Shown: in pieces, positions 1-9,236 of the stretch
How the letters are laid out: each line of letters begins with the position of its first letter
Numbering within the stretch: the stretch's first letter is position 1
NCBI GenBank assembly: GCA_963796195.1
Contig: CAWCKS010000005.1
Location: 99,191 to 163,190 of the forward strand
Direction: 5' to 3'
DNA: 64,000 nt
DNA from: an uncultured Alphaproteobacteria bacterium
GTDB lineage: Bacteria > Pseudomonadota > Alphaproteobacteria > Rhizobiales > Xanthobacteraceae
The notes under the pieces: generated by a model
Database searches by the model: none
Told to the model about the DNA's origin: nothing
Seen by the model: only the letters and a program-made list of their open reading frames with translations
Made by a program: the position numbers and the translations under genes

Positions 1-23
1 CCCCGCGAAAGCGGGGACCCAGG
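1..23. repeat. REP-type hairpin (ccccgcgaaagcgggg + accc), left arm of an inverted pair flanking the GIY-YIG ORF; may extend upstream of the window
   Basis: Exact reverse complement of 340..362. Itself a GC stem with a GAAA loop. The same family recurs at 42551..42683. Confidence 0.7.
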
Positions 24-34
24 GGCCAAGAAGC

Positions 35-322
35 GTGAGCTTCTATGTCTACATTCTCGCGAGCCAGAGGAACGGAACAATCTACGTTGGCTCGACCGAC
101 GATCTTGTCCGCCGTGTCTGGCAGCATCGGAACAACCTGATTGCCGGCTTCACGCAGCAGCACGGAGTGAAGACGTTGGTCTGGTACGAAGTGCACGAAG
201 GCAGGGAGCAGGCTTTGTTACGCGAGCGACAGGTCAAGAAATGGAAGCGGAGCTGGAAACTTGCTCTTGTCGAGAAGGAAAATCCGAGGTGGCGTGATTT
301 GTGGTGCGACATCACACCATGA
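35..322 (+). CDS. GIY-YIG nuclease family protein (small, ~95 aa)
   Basis: N-terminal FYVYILAS...GTIYVGSTDDLVRRVWQH motif (GIY-YIG). The ORF sits exactly between two inverted REP hairpins. Confidence 0.8.
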   Translation: MSFYVYILASQRNGTIYVGSTDDLVRRVWQHRNNLIAGFTQQHGVKTLVWYEVHEGREQALLRERQVKKWKRSWKLALVEKENPRWRDLWCDITP

Positions 323-339
323 GCGCGTTGCTCAATAAC

Positions 340-362
340 CCTGGGTCCCCGCTTTCGCGGGG
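340..362. repeat. REP-type hairpin, right arm of the inverted pair flanking GIY-YIG
   Basis: cctgggtccccgctttcgcgggg is the exact reverse complement of bases 1..23. Confidence 0.7.
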
Positions 363-409
363 ACGAACGGTGTGGGTGCGCCTCGGCAAATAATCGAAGA
401 ACATCAAAA

Positions 410-1612
410 ATGCCCACCCAACCCGACCACCCCACCACCTCCGGCGTCATCGCCGACAACATCATCGGCTTTGGCCGGGCATTGCGCGCGGCGGGGCTGC
501 CGGTCGGGCCCGGCGCGATCATCGATGCGATGAACGCGCTGCAGATCGTCGGGGTTTCGAGCCGCGATGACGTCTATGCCGCGCTGGAGGCGGTGTTCGT
601 CAAGCGGAGAGAGCACGCGATTATTTTCGCGCAGGCCTTCGACATTTTCTTCCGCGTCGCGCAGGACTGGGACCAGCTGGTCGACCAGATGCCGTTGCCG
701 GCGCCGCCGCTGCAGGCTCCGCCGCCGCCGGCCTCGCGCCGGGTGCAGGAGGCCTTGGCGCAGCGCGATCTCGTCGAGGAGCGCGACGTCTACGCCGAGG
801 AGATGCAGCTTGCCGTCTCCGATGAGGAGCTGTTGCAGAAGAAAGATTTTGCGCAGATGAGCGCGGCCGAGATCGAGCATGCGATGCGCGCGGTGCAGCG
901 CCTCGTACTGCCGCTCGCCGAGCGGCCGAGCCGGCGCTACCAGCCGCTGCTGCATGGCCGCAAGCTCGACCTGCGCCGCACCTTGCGCGGCTCGCTGCGC
1001 ACCGCCGGCGAGATCGTCAACCTGGCGCGGCTCGGCCGCGTCGACAAGCCGGTGCCGATCGTGGCGCTGCTCGACATTTCCGGCTCGATGAATGAATACA
1101 CCCGGCTGTTCCTGCATTTCCTCCACGCGGTGACCGATGCGCGCAAGCGCGTCTCGGTCTTCCTGTTCGGCACGCGGCTGACCAACATCACGCGTGCTCT
1201 GCGCGCTCGCGATCCCGACGAGGCACTGGCGGCATGCTCCGAGCTGGTCGAGGACTGGTCGGGCGGCACGCGCATTGCGCCGTCGCTGCACACCTTCAAC
1301 CGGCTGTGGAGCCGGCGGGTGCTCGGGCAGGGCGCCATCGTGCTCCTGATTACCGACGGGCTCGAGCGCGAACCCGACCAGCGGCTCGCCTTCGAGATGG
1401 ACCGGCTGCACCGCTCTTGCCGGCGGCTGATCTGGCTCAACCCGCTGCTGCGCTTCACGGGCTTCGAGGCGCGGGCCCAGGGCATCAAATTGATGCTGCC
1501 GCACGTTGACGAATTCCGCCCGGTGCACAATCTAGACTCAATTGATGATCTGATAACCGCGCTGTCGACAGCCCCGTCCAGGGGACGGGTCCTCGAACGG
1601 CACGCGGCCTAA
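410..1612 (+). CDS. coxE: CoxE-like VWA domain protein (CO dehydrogenase / molybdoenzyme maturation accessory)
   Basis: 400 aa. C-terminal VWA/MIDAS motif LLDISGSMNEY. Conserved CoxE N-terminus. Followed by XdhC and MocA genes. Confidence 0.7.
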   Translation: MPTQPDHPTTSGVIADNIIGFGRALRAAGLPVGPGAIIDAMNALQIVGVSSRDDVYAALEAVFVKRREHAIIFAQAFDIFFRVAQDWDQLVDQMPLPAPPLQAPPPPASRRVQEALAQRDLVEERDVYAEEMQLAVSDEELLQKKDFAQMSAAEIEHAMRAVQRLVLPLAERPSRRYQPLLHGRKLDLRRTLRGSLRTAGEIVNLARLGRVDKPVPIVALLDISGSMNEYTRLFLHFLHAVTDARKRVSVFLFGTRLTNITRALRARDPDEALAACSELVEDWSGGTRIAPSLHTFNRLWSRRVLGQGAIVLLITDGLEREPDQRLAFEMDRLHRSCRRLIWLNPLLRFTGFEARAQGIKLMLPHVDEFRPVHNLDSIDDLITALSTAPSRGRVLERHAA

Positions 1613-1646
1613 GGTGCGATGAGATTGATTGAATCGTCATCGCACC
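1613..1646 (+). terminator. 10-bp-stem hairpin downstream of coxE (terminator or attenuator-like)
   Basis: ggtgcgatga...tcatcgcacc, a perfect stem followed by a T-rich tract ttagattcttgatt. Confidence 0.35.
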
Positions 1647-1722
1647 TTAGATTCTTGATTGTGCATGATCTTTCCGGAAAACCGCTTCGCACTTTTCCGG
1701 ATCATGCCTGAGGGAGAAAAAA

Positions 1723-2049
1723 ATGCTGAGCCGCGACGACGATATCCTCAAAGCTGCGGAAGAGTGGACCAAGGCCGGTCACGGCGTCGCGCTTGCGACC
1801 GTGGTCGAGACCTGGGGCTCGGCGCCGCGGCCGACCGGTTCGCACCTCGTCATCAACGATGACGGCACGTTTCTGGGCTCTGTGTCCGGCGGCTGCGTCG
1901 AGGGCGCGGTGGTCACCGAAGCACTCGACGTGATCGAGAGCGGCAAGCCAAAAATGCTGGAGTTCGGCGTCGCCGACGAAACCGCCTGGAACGTCGGCCT
2001 GTCCTGCGGTGGCACCATCCGCGTGTTCGTGGAGAAGATCGGCTCGTGA
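1723..2049 (+). CDS. XdhC/CoxI family protein, N-terminal domain ORF
   Basis: 108 aa. XdhC_CoxI N-domain signature GVALATVVETWGSAPRPTGSHLVI...GSVSGGCVEGAVV. Overlaps the next ORF by 4 nt (ATGA). Confidence 0.75.
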   Translation: MLSRDDDILKAAEEWTKAGHGVALATVVETWGSAPRPTGSHLVINDDGTFLGSVSGGCVEGAVVTEALDVIESGKPKMLEFGVADETAWNVGLSCGGTIRVFVEKIGS

Positions 2050-2765
2050 AACAGGAAACTCTCACTGAGCTCAATGCCGAACGGCAGGCGCGGCAGCCTG
2101 TCCTTGTCGTGACCGACATGGCCGACGGCAGCCAGCGCCTGGTCAAGCACAAGGATTTTGCATCCGATCCTCTGCGCGCCGAGCTCGAAAAGCATTTGCG
2201 CATGGGCAAGAGCGGCGCGGTCGAGGTCGACGGCAAGAAGCTGTTCATCACCGTGCATGCGCCGACCGCGCGCCTCGTCATCACCGGCGCCGTTCATATC
2301 AGCCAGGCGCTGGCGCCGATGGCGAAGATGCTCGACTACGACGTCACCGTCGTTGACCCGCGCACGGCGTTTGCGAGCGCCGAGCGGTTTCCCGACGTGC
2401 CGTTGATCGCGGAATGGCCCGACACCGCTCTGCCACCGCTCAACGTCGACCACTACACCGCATTCGTTGCGCTGACGCATGATCCGAAGATCGACGATCC
2501 CGCGCTGGCGCATGCGCTGGAGCGCGACTGCTTCTATATCGGTGCGCTCGGCTCGCGGAAGACGCATGCCAAGCGCCTCGAACGTCTGAAGAAGCTCGGC
2601 TTCGGCGACAATGTGCTGTCGCGCATCCACGCGCCGATCGGTCTCAATATCGGTGCGGTGTCGCCCGCGGAGATCGCAGTGGCGATCATCGGCGAAATCA
2701 CGCAGCAGCTGCGCGGGCCCAAGGAAGTTAAACAGGACGTCAAGGTTGCGGGGCAGGCGTCATGA
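2046..2765 (+). CDS. XdhC family protein, Rossmann-like C-terminal domain ORF
   Basis: 239 aa. LVITGAVHISQAL...YIGALGSRKTHAKRLERL is typical of the XdhC C-domain. Translationally coupled to the upstream ORF. Confidence 0.75.
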   Translation: MKQETLTELNAERQARQPVLVVTDMADGSQRLVKHKDFASDPLRAELEKHLRMGKSGAVEVDGKKLFITVHAPTARLVITGAVHISQALAPMAKMLDYDVTVVDPRTAFASAERFPDVPLIAEWPDTALPPLNVDHYTAFVALTHDPKIDDPALAHALERDCFYIGALGSRKTHAKRLERLKKLGFGDNVLSRIHAPIGLNIGAVSPAEIAVAIIGEITQQLRGPKEVKQDVKVAGQAS

Positions 2766-4366
2766 GGTTTGGCCCCGTCGCGCCGGCGGACGCGATCGGC
2801 GGCGTGGTCGTCCACACCATCCGCCGCGGCAAGCTCATTCTGAAGAAGGGCGCGGTGATCGGCGCCGCTGAAGTCGAGGCGCTGACCTCGGCCGGCGTTA
2901 ACCAGGTCGTGGTCGCCGCACTCGATCCGGGTGACGTCTCCGAAGATGTGGCGGCGGCGACGATCGCGCAGGCGGTCGCCGGCGACGGCGTCACTGTCGA
3001 ACGAGCCTTCACCGGACGCTCGAACCTGTTCGCGGCGCTGCCCGGCGTGCTGGTGGTCGACCGCACAGCGGTCGATCGCATCAACCGCGTCGATGAGGCG
3101 ATCACGCTCGCGACGCTGCCGACCTTCAAGCCCGTCGTCACCGGCGAGATGATCGGCACGGTGAAGATCATCCCGTTCGGCGTCGAGGGCAGGCTGCGCG
3201 ATCGCGCGGTCGACTCCGCCAACCACGACGTGATGCGGGTGGCGCCCTATCGCGTCAGCAAGGTCGGCATCGTCTCGACTCTGCTGCCGGGGCTCGCGCC
3301 AAAGGTGATCGAGAAGACGCTGCAGGTGACCGCCGAGCGGCTGGCGCCGGCCGGCGCAAGGATCATCGCGGAGAAGCGCGTCGCCCATGACGAGCGCGAC
3401 GTCGCACAGGCGATCGACGCAATGTTCAAGCAGGGCGCCGAGCTCGTCATCGTGTTCGGCGCTTCGGCCATCGCCGACCGGCGCGACGTCATCCCCGCCG
3501 CGATCGAGCGCGTCAACGGTCGTGTCGAGCATTTCGGCATGCCGGTTGATCCCGGCAACCTGATGCTGATCGGGCAGGTCGACGGGCGGCCGGTGATCGG
3601 TGCGCCGGGCTGCGCTCGCTCGCCGAAGGAAAACGGCTTTGACTGGATCCTGATGCGGATGCTCGCCGGTCTGCCGGTAACGCGCGAGGACATCACGGGC
3701 TTGGGCGTCGGCGGCCTGTTGATGGAGATCGTGACGCGGCCGCAGCCGCGCGTCGGCGTCGGCGCCGAGGACAATCGCCACGTGTCGGCAATCATTCTTG
3801 CAGCCGGAAAATCCAGCCGGATGGGCGGGCCGAACAAGCTACTCGAGCATTTGCGCGGCAAGCCGCTGGTGCGCATTGTCGCCGAGCAGGCGCTGGCGTC
3901 GAAGGCGTCGCCGGTCGTGGTCGTGACCGGCCACATGGCCGACGACGTCAAGGCCGCGCTGAAGGGCCTCGACGTCACCTTCGCGCACAATCCGCAGTTC
4001 GCGACCGGCCTTGCGAGCTCGGTGAAGACAGGCGTGGCCGCGCTGCCCGCGGACGCCGACGGTGCAGTGATTTGTCTCGGCGACATGCCTGACGTCGACG
4101 CCGGTCTGATCAACCGGTTGATCGGGGCGTTCGCGCCGGACAAGGGCGCGCTGATCGCGATTCCGGTGAGCGATGGCCGCCGCGGCAACCCGGTGCTGTG
4201 GTCGCGGCGTTTCTTCGATGAATTGATGACGCTCGAAGGCGACGTCGGCGCGCGTCATCTGATCGCGAAGCACGGCGTAGCGGTCACCGAAGTGCCGGCT
4301 GATGGCCAGAGCGCGTTCCTCGACATCGACACGCCGGAAGCGCTGGCGCTGGCGCGGCAAGGATAG
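2762..4366 (+). CDS. Fusion protein: MoeA/CinA-like molybdopterin-binding domain + MocA/MobA-like nucleotidyltransferase (molybdenum cofactor cytidylyltransferase)
   Basis: 534 aa. C-terminal SAIILAAGKSSRMG...NKLL motif of MobA/MocA NTP transferases. N-terminal ~340 aa is a MoCF-biosynthesis-type domain. Lies in the cox/xdh accessory context. Confidence 0.65.
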   Translation: MRFGPVAPADAIGGVVVHTIRRGKLILKKGAVIGAAEVEALTSAGVNQVVVAALDPGDVSEDVAAATIAQAVAGDGVTVERAFTGRSNLFAALPGVLVVDRTAVDRINRVDEAITLATLPTFKPVVTGEMIGTVKIIPFGVEGRLRDRAVDSANHDVMRVAPYRVSKVGIVSTLLPGLAPKVIEKTLQVTAERLAPAGARIIAEKRVAHDERDVAQAIDAMFKQGAELVIVFGASAIADRRDVIPAAIERVNGRVEHFGMPVDPGNLMLIGQVDGRPVIGAPGCARSPKENGFDWILMRMLAGLPVTREDITGLGVGGLLMEIVTRPQPRVGVGAEDNRHVSAIILAAGKSSRMGGPNKLLEHLRGKPLVRIVAEQALASKASPVVVVTGHMADDVKAALKGLDVTFAHNPQFATGLASSVKTGVAALPADADGAVICLGDMPDVDAGLINRLIGAFAPDKGALIAIPVSDGRRGNPVLWSRRFFDELMTLEGDVGARHLIAKHGVAVTEVPADGQSAFLDIDTPEALALARQG

Positions 4367-4816
4367 CTACTGCGCCGCAAGCTGCAGCGCGAGCATCACG
4401 AGCGTGCGGGCAAAGCCGAAGGCGTGATCGCGAAACACTGATCGTGCGAGCTGCGATTGCATCTCCGGCGGATCGCTGGCCTGGCCGAGACGGACCGCAT
4501 TCGGCAGCGTGCGCATGCGCGTCACGGCAAAGCCGAACAGCGCCAGCGCGAGCGAGCCCCAGGTGATCCAGCCGGAGATTTCGTCGGCGAAAATCTCGGC
4601 GATGATGGCGCCGAGCACGACGAGCATCATCAGCGCGACGAGGCGGTTCATCGGCCAGGCCTCGGTGGTGACGCGGCGGTAGTAGGCCGAGATCGACGCC
4701 AGCACCTCCGGCGGCAAGACCTCCTCGTCGTGCCTGCGGGTCTGCACGTCGAACATCAGGTCGAACCACAACACGGCGAGCAGGAAGCCCAGGCCTGCGG
4801 CGGCAAAAGCATTCAT
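4367..4816 (-). CDS. Small integral membrane protein (4 predicted TM segments; DUF1772/anthrone-oxygenase-like guess)
   Basis: 149 aa, hydrophobic segments, convergent with the cox accessory genes. Family assignment is a guess. Confidence 0.4.
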   Translation of the reverse strand: MNAFAAAGLGFLLAVLWFDLMFDVQTRRHDEEVLPPEVLASISAYYRRVTTEAWPMNRLVALMMLVVLGAIIAEIFADEISGWITWGSLALALFGFAVTRMRTLPNAVRLGQASDPPEMQSQLARSVFRDHAFGFARTLVMLALQLAAQ

Positions 4817-5019
4817 GGTGGCCTCCGCGATCGTTCACATGACATGAGGCATCTAACCAGAGTGTAGCTTGCGACGCGACGAGAAGGCCGAAGGCATCGT
4901 GGTGCAGCGCGGCATTTTCGGGAATCTGTGTGCTCCGAGTCGTAATCCCCATCGCCGATTCACTAACTGGCAACGGCTTTTTGCTTAGGTCGGCCGCTTG
5001 GTGCGTGCGGGGGCAGGGC

Positions 5020-5397
5020 ATGGTCGGGTCGTTGATCCGTTTGGGCGTTCTGGTGGCCGTCGTGGCCGCGATCTTCTGGCATACGTCAGGGGCGGCGCGT
5101 GGCGCTGGTGCGCTCGCTGTTGGGCGGTGTGGTGCGTACGGCAACGCCTATGACTATCCGACGCCTTCAGCGGCGCTACACGCGGCGAAAGCCAAGTGCG
5201 ACGGCGCCTGCACGACGGTGACGATGAAGCGCGCCTGTGCGGCCTTCGCAGTCGATGTCAAAAATCCGTGCGGGCCGTTCGGCTATGCAGTGGCGTCGCA
5301 GATCTCGGGCGCGCTCAATACGTCGATGAAGAACTGCTACAAGTTCGGCGGCCAGGACTGTGTGATCCGCACCTGGGCCTGCGACGTCAAGGGCTAG
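5020..5397 (+). CDS. DUF4189 domain secreted Cys-containing protein
   Basis: Signal-peptide-like N-terminus. Two GxxAxG...YGxAYDYP / C...C repeats characteristic of DUF4189. Start chosen at an internal Met (the ORF opens at 4930). Confidence 0.5.
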   Translation: MVGSLIRLGVLVAVVAAIFWHTSGAARGAGALAVGRCGAYGNAYDYPTPSAALHAAKAKCDGACTTVTMKRACAAFAVDVKNPCGPFGYAVASQISGALNTSMKNCYKFGGQDCVIRTWACDVKG

Positions 5398-5500
5398 AAC
5401 CACGTCCATCCCCGAGGGGGTGGTCAGTGAAAATATCCATTAGAACAGTCAGTTACGAGATTTTTAGCGACATCTTGGCGTCCACACGATTTCTTGACTT

Positions 5501-5528
5501 GAATATGACTGACCGGTCAGTCATATTC
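5501..5528. promoter_or_regulatory. Perfect 28-bp palindrome (operator) overlapping the promoter/RBS of the tetR-hlyD-ABC operon
   Basis: gaatatgactgacc|ggtcagtcatattc, 14+14 perfect, ending 6 nt before the TetR ATG. A TTGACT -35-like hexamer sits immediately upstream (5494..5499). Confidence 0.6.
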
Positions 5529-5533
5529 ATTGC

Positions 5534-6265
5534 ATGAAAACAGCCCAGCCGAAACTCCGATCGCCATTACGAAGTCGCGCCCGGCGGGCCGCAGCCGGGC
5601 GGCCGGCCGACCCCGTCGCCGCAGGCGACGCCGGCACAGCTGGCGACACCGCCGCCGCCATCTCCCGCCGCGCCGCCGGCGCTGCGGCCAAGCGCCAGGC
5701 CATCCTCGAAGCCGCGCTCGATGAATTCTCCGCCCGCGGGTTTGCCGCCACGCGGATGGACGACGTTGCCGAACGGGCCGGCGTCGCCAAGGGTACGATC
5801 TACCTCTACTTCAAGGACAAGGAGGCGCTGTTCCAGGAACTGGTGCGGACCTCGCTGGTTCCGATCGTCGGTGGCCTGAAGATCCCCGAAGGCGTCGAGG
5901 TCTCGGTGCGCGTGCTGCTCGAAGCCTTCGCCGACACGCTGGTCCGCGAAGTGCTGGAGACGCGGCGCGGCGACCTCATTCGGCTCGTGATCTCCGAAGG
6001 CGGGCGGTTTCCGCAGCTCGCCGAATTCCACTATCACGAGGTGATCGAGCGCGGCATCAACGCGATGCGCGGACTGATCGGCTTCGGCCTTGCACGCGGC
6101 GAAATCAAGAATCCAATACTGCAGGAATTTCCGCAGCTCGTTATCGCGCCCGCGCTGGTGGCGTTGATCTGGCAGGGCATGTTCGCAAAATTCGCGCCGC
6201 TCGACGTACGCGCGATGCTGCAAACCCACATTGATCTTCTTCTCGGGCAAGTGAGGACGTCATGA
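5534..6265 (+). CDS. TetR/AcrR family transcriptional regulator
   Basis: HTH GTIYLYFKDKEALF. Arg/Ala-rich N-terminal extension. First gene of the efflux operon. Confidence 0.8.
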   Translation: MKTAQPKLRSPLRSRARRAAAGRPADPVAAGDAGTAGDTAAAISRRAAGAAAKRQAILEAALDEFSARGFAATRMDDVAERAGVAKGTIYLYFKDKEALFQELVRTSLVPIVGGLKIPEGVEVSVRVLLEAFADTLVREVLETRRGDLIRLVISEGGRFPQLAEFHYHEVIERGINAMRGLIGFGLARGEIKNPILQEFPQLVIAPALVALIWQGMFAKFAPLDVRAMLQTHIDLLLGQVRTS

Positions 6266-7056
6266 GACGTACCGTCTCTTTGATCGCAGCGGGCGCGTGC
6301 CTGCTGCTTACCGCCTGCGGGCAGGGCAACGACGCGGGCTATCAGGGTTGGGTCGAGGCCGACCTGATTTTCGTCAGCCCCGATGAAGCCGGGCGCGTTG
6401 TCAAGCTCGACGTCCGTGAGGGCGATCAGATCACCACGGGCAAACCGATCTACGCGCTCGACGACGATTTGCAGCAGGCCGATCTGAACCAGAACAACGC
6501 CTCGCTGCTCAACGCCAAGCAGACTTTCGATCGCGCGCAGGCGCTGATGAAGACCGGCAGCGGCACGCAGGCCAACTACGACACCGCCGAGATGGCGCTG
6601 CGAGTCGCCGAAGCGCGGGTCAACACCTCGCAGACGCGGCTGGCGCGGCGGACCGCGTTTGCGCCGGTCAGCGGCAGCGTGCAGCAAGTCTATTTCCGCG
6701 AGGGCGAGACCGTGCCGGCGCTGCGTCCGGTGCTTTCGATCATGCCGCCGGGCAACATGAAGATCCGCTTCTTCGTCGCGGAGAGCGAATTGCCGAAACT
6801 CGCGCTCGGCGACAGCGTCAAGATCGGTTGCGACGGTTGCGCCGCCGATCTCACGGCAAAGATCTACTTCATCGCAACGACGGCCGAATACACACCACCC
6901 GTGATCTATAGCCAGGACGAGCGCTCAAAACTCGTCTACCTGATCCAGGCGCGGCCTGAAAAGCCCGACGCGCTGCGGGTGGGCCAGCCGGTGAGTGTTT
7001 TCCTGCAGCCGAAGAGTGCGGACTTGAAGGGCGAACCGATCGCGAAGGCGGGGTAA
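6262..7056 (+). CDS. HlyD family membrane-fusion (periplasmic adaptor) lipoprotein
   Basis: Lipobox LLLTAC. Coiled-coil / beta-barrel HlyD pattern. 4-nt overlap with tetR. Confidence 0.75.
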   Translation: MRRTVSLIAAGACLLLTACGQGNDAGYQGWVEADLIFVSPDEAGRVVKLDVREGDQITTGKPIYALDDDLQQADLNQNNASLLNAKQTFDRAQALMKTGSGTQANYDTAEMALRVAEARVNTSQTRLARRTAFAPVSGSVQQVYFREGETVPALRPVLSIMPPGNMKIRFFVAESELPKLALGDSVKIGCDGCAADLTAKIYFIATTAEYTPPVIYSQDERSKLVYLIQARPEKPDALRVGQPVSVFLQPKSADLKGEPIAKAG

Positions 7057-7060
7057 TGTC

Positions 7061-8026
7061 ATGAATGCCGTCGCAGCATTAAAGACACCGCCGCCGTCGC
7101 CTGCGTCCGAGATCGCGATCGATGTGCAGGGTCTGTCGAAATCGTTCGACGGACGCACGGTCGTCGACAATCTCTCGATGCAGGTCAAACGCGGCTCGAT
7201 CTATGGCTTCCTCGGTCCGAATGGCTCGGGCAAGACCACGACCATCCGCATGCTGTGCGGGCTGCTGACGCCCGACAAGGGCAGGGGCACCTGCCTCGGC
7301 TACGACATCACCAAGGATGCCGACAAGATCAAGCGCCACGTCGGCTACATGACGCAGCGCTTCAGCCTGTACCAGGATCTTTCGGTGCGCGAGAATCTGG
7401 AGTTCGTGGCGCGGCTCTACGGCATGCCGAACCCGACGCGCGCGGCGCGCGACATGATTACCCGGCTCGGCCTCAAAGGTCGCGAGGAACAGCTGGCGCA
7501 GGAACTGTCCGGCGGCTGGAAGCAGCGGCTCGCGCTCGGCGCCTGCACCCTGCCGAACCCGCAGCTGCTGCTACTCGACGAGCCGACCGCCGGCGTCGAC
7601 CCGAAGGCGCGGCGCGAGTTCTGGAACGAGATTCACGCGCTCGCCGCCGAAGGGCTCACCGTGCTGGTCTCGACCCACTACATGGACGAGGCCGAGCGCT
7701 GTCACGAGATCGCCTACATCGCCTACGGCCATCTGCTCGCGCGCGGCACGGTCGAAGAGGTGATCGCGCATTCCGCGCTGACCACCTACACGGTGACTGG
7801 CCATGAGATGCAGCCGTTGCAGACGGAGCTCGAAGGCAAACCCGGCGTCGACATGGTCGCGCCGTTCGGCACCAGCCTGCATGTGTCGGGCCGCGACGAG
7901 GCCGCGCTTGAAGCGACGATCGCTCCGTATCGTCAGCGCTCGGATCTCGTCTGGCACAAGTCGGCACCGTCGCTCGAAGACGTGTTCATCGAACTGATGG
8001 GGCGATCCCAGGACAATTTCAAATGA
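7061..8026 (+). CDS. ABC transporter ATP-binding protein (ABC-2 type)
   Basis: Walker A GPNGSGKTT, signature LSGGWKQR, Walker B LLLLDEPT. Confidence 0.85.
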   Translation: MNAVAALKTPPPSPASEIAIDVQGLSKSFDGRTVVDNLSMQVKRGSIYGFLGPNGSGKTTTIRMLCGLLTPDKGRGTCLGYDITKDADKIKRHVGYMTQRFSLYQDLSVRENLEFVARLYGMPNPTRAARDMITRLGLKGREEQLAQELSGGWKQRLALGACTLPNPQLLLLDEPTAGVDPKARREFWNEIHALAAEGLTVLVSTHYMDEAERCHEIAYIAYGHLLARGTVEEVIAHSALTTYTVTGHEMQPLQTELEGKPGVDMVAPFGTSLHVSGRDEAALEATIAPYRQRSDLVWHKSAPSLEDVFIELMGRSQDNFK

Positions 8027-9183
8027 GTATCACCGCTGCTAACCACGACCTCGGCAATGGCGGGCTGCTCGGCACGCTCCGGCGGACCTACGCCATGCTG
8101 GCAAAAGAGTTCATCCAGCTCCGGCGCGACCGCGTCTCCTTCGCAATGATCGTCGCGATCCCGGTGATGCAGCTGCTGTTGTTCGGCTATGCCATCAACA
8201 CCACGCCGCACAACCTGCCGACCGCCGTTCTGATCCAGGAGGAGTCCGATCTCTCGCGCTCGATCCTGAAGGCGCTGGAGAACACCGCCTATTTCAAGTT
8301 CACCCGCCAGGTGCACACCGAGGAGGAATTCAACAACCTGTTCCTGTCCGGCGACGTGCTGTTCGGCGTCGAGATCCCGCGCGGCTTCGAGCGCGCGGTG
8401 CGGCGTGGCGACAAGCCCGCGTTACTTGTCGCTGCCGACGCGACCGACCCGGTTGCGGCAAGCTCGGCGCTGGCCTCGCTGGGGCCGATCGTCGAGAGCG
8501 CACTGGCGCACGACCGCGTCGCCGGCGATCTGGCCAACCCGCCGTTCGAGATCCGGGCCCACGCGCAATATAACCCGGCGGCCTCGTCATCGCTGAACAT
8601 CGTGCCGGGGCTGACCGGCACCATCCTGACCATGACCATGCTGATCTTCACCGCGCTGTCGGTGACGCGCGAGATCGAGCGCGGCACCATGGAAAGCCTG
8701 CTGTCGATGCCGATCAAGCCGGTCGAGGTGATGCTGGGAAAAATCATCCCTTATGTGCTGGTCGGCTTCGTGCAGGCGTTCCTGATCGTCTCGCTCGGCA
8801 TCGTGCTGTTCGGCGTGCCGATGGTCGGCAGCCTGACGCTGCTGGCGCTGCTGTCGACGCTGTTCATCACCGCCAACCTGTCGATCGGCTACACCTTCTC
8901 GACCATCGCACAGAACCAGCTGCAGGCAATGCAGATGTCGATGATGTTCTTCCTACCGAATATTCTGCTGTCCGGCTTCATGTTCCCGTTCGCTGGCATG
9001 CCACAGTGGGCGCAGTACATTTCCGAATTGCTGCCCCTGACACACTACCTGCGCATCGTCCGCGCCATCCTGCTGAAAGGCTCGACGCTGGAGAACCTGC
9101 GCTACGATGCCTCCGCGCTCGTGGTGCTAACATTGCTCGTGATGGCGATCGCGCTGACGCGGTTCAGGCGGACGCTGGATTGA
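8023..9183 (+). CDS. ABC-2 family transporter permease
   Basis: 386 aa, 6 TM. ABC-2 permease pattern. Overlaps the ATPase stop. Confidence 0.8.
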   Translation: MSITAANHDLGNGGLLGTLRRTYAMLAKEFIQLRRDRVSFAMIVAIPVMQLLLFGYAINTTPHNLPTAVLIQEESDLSRSILKALENTAYFKFTRQVHTEEEFNNLFLSGDVLFGVEIPRGFERAVRRGDKPALLVAADATDPVAASSALASLGPIVESALAHDRVAGDLANPPFEIRAHAQYNPAASSSLNIVPGLTGTILTMTMLIFTALSVTREIERGTMESLLSMPIKPVEVMLGKIIPYVLVGFVQAFLIVSLGIVLFGVPMVGSLTLLALLSTLFITANLSIGYTFSTIAQNQLQAMQMSMMFFLPNILLSGFMFPFAGMPQWAQYISELLPLTHYLRIVRAILLKGSTLENLRYDASALVVLTLLVMAIALTRFRRTLD

Positions 9184-9236
9184 GCGCGTGGCGAGAAGAT
9201 GCGAAAGTGGGGGCGTTGGATCGAGGGAGCCACGTC

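Noticed and set aside
404-1528. Long antisense ORFs (e.g. 404..1528-, 2534..3781-, 9888..11252-, 16006..16944-, 31077..32600-) and Arg/Pro-rich ORFs overlapping real genes
   Set aside because: Typical high-GC stop-codon-poor artefacts. Each lies opposite a well-supported conserved gene and has low-complexity R/A/P-rich translation.
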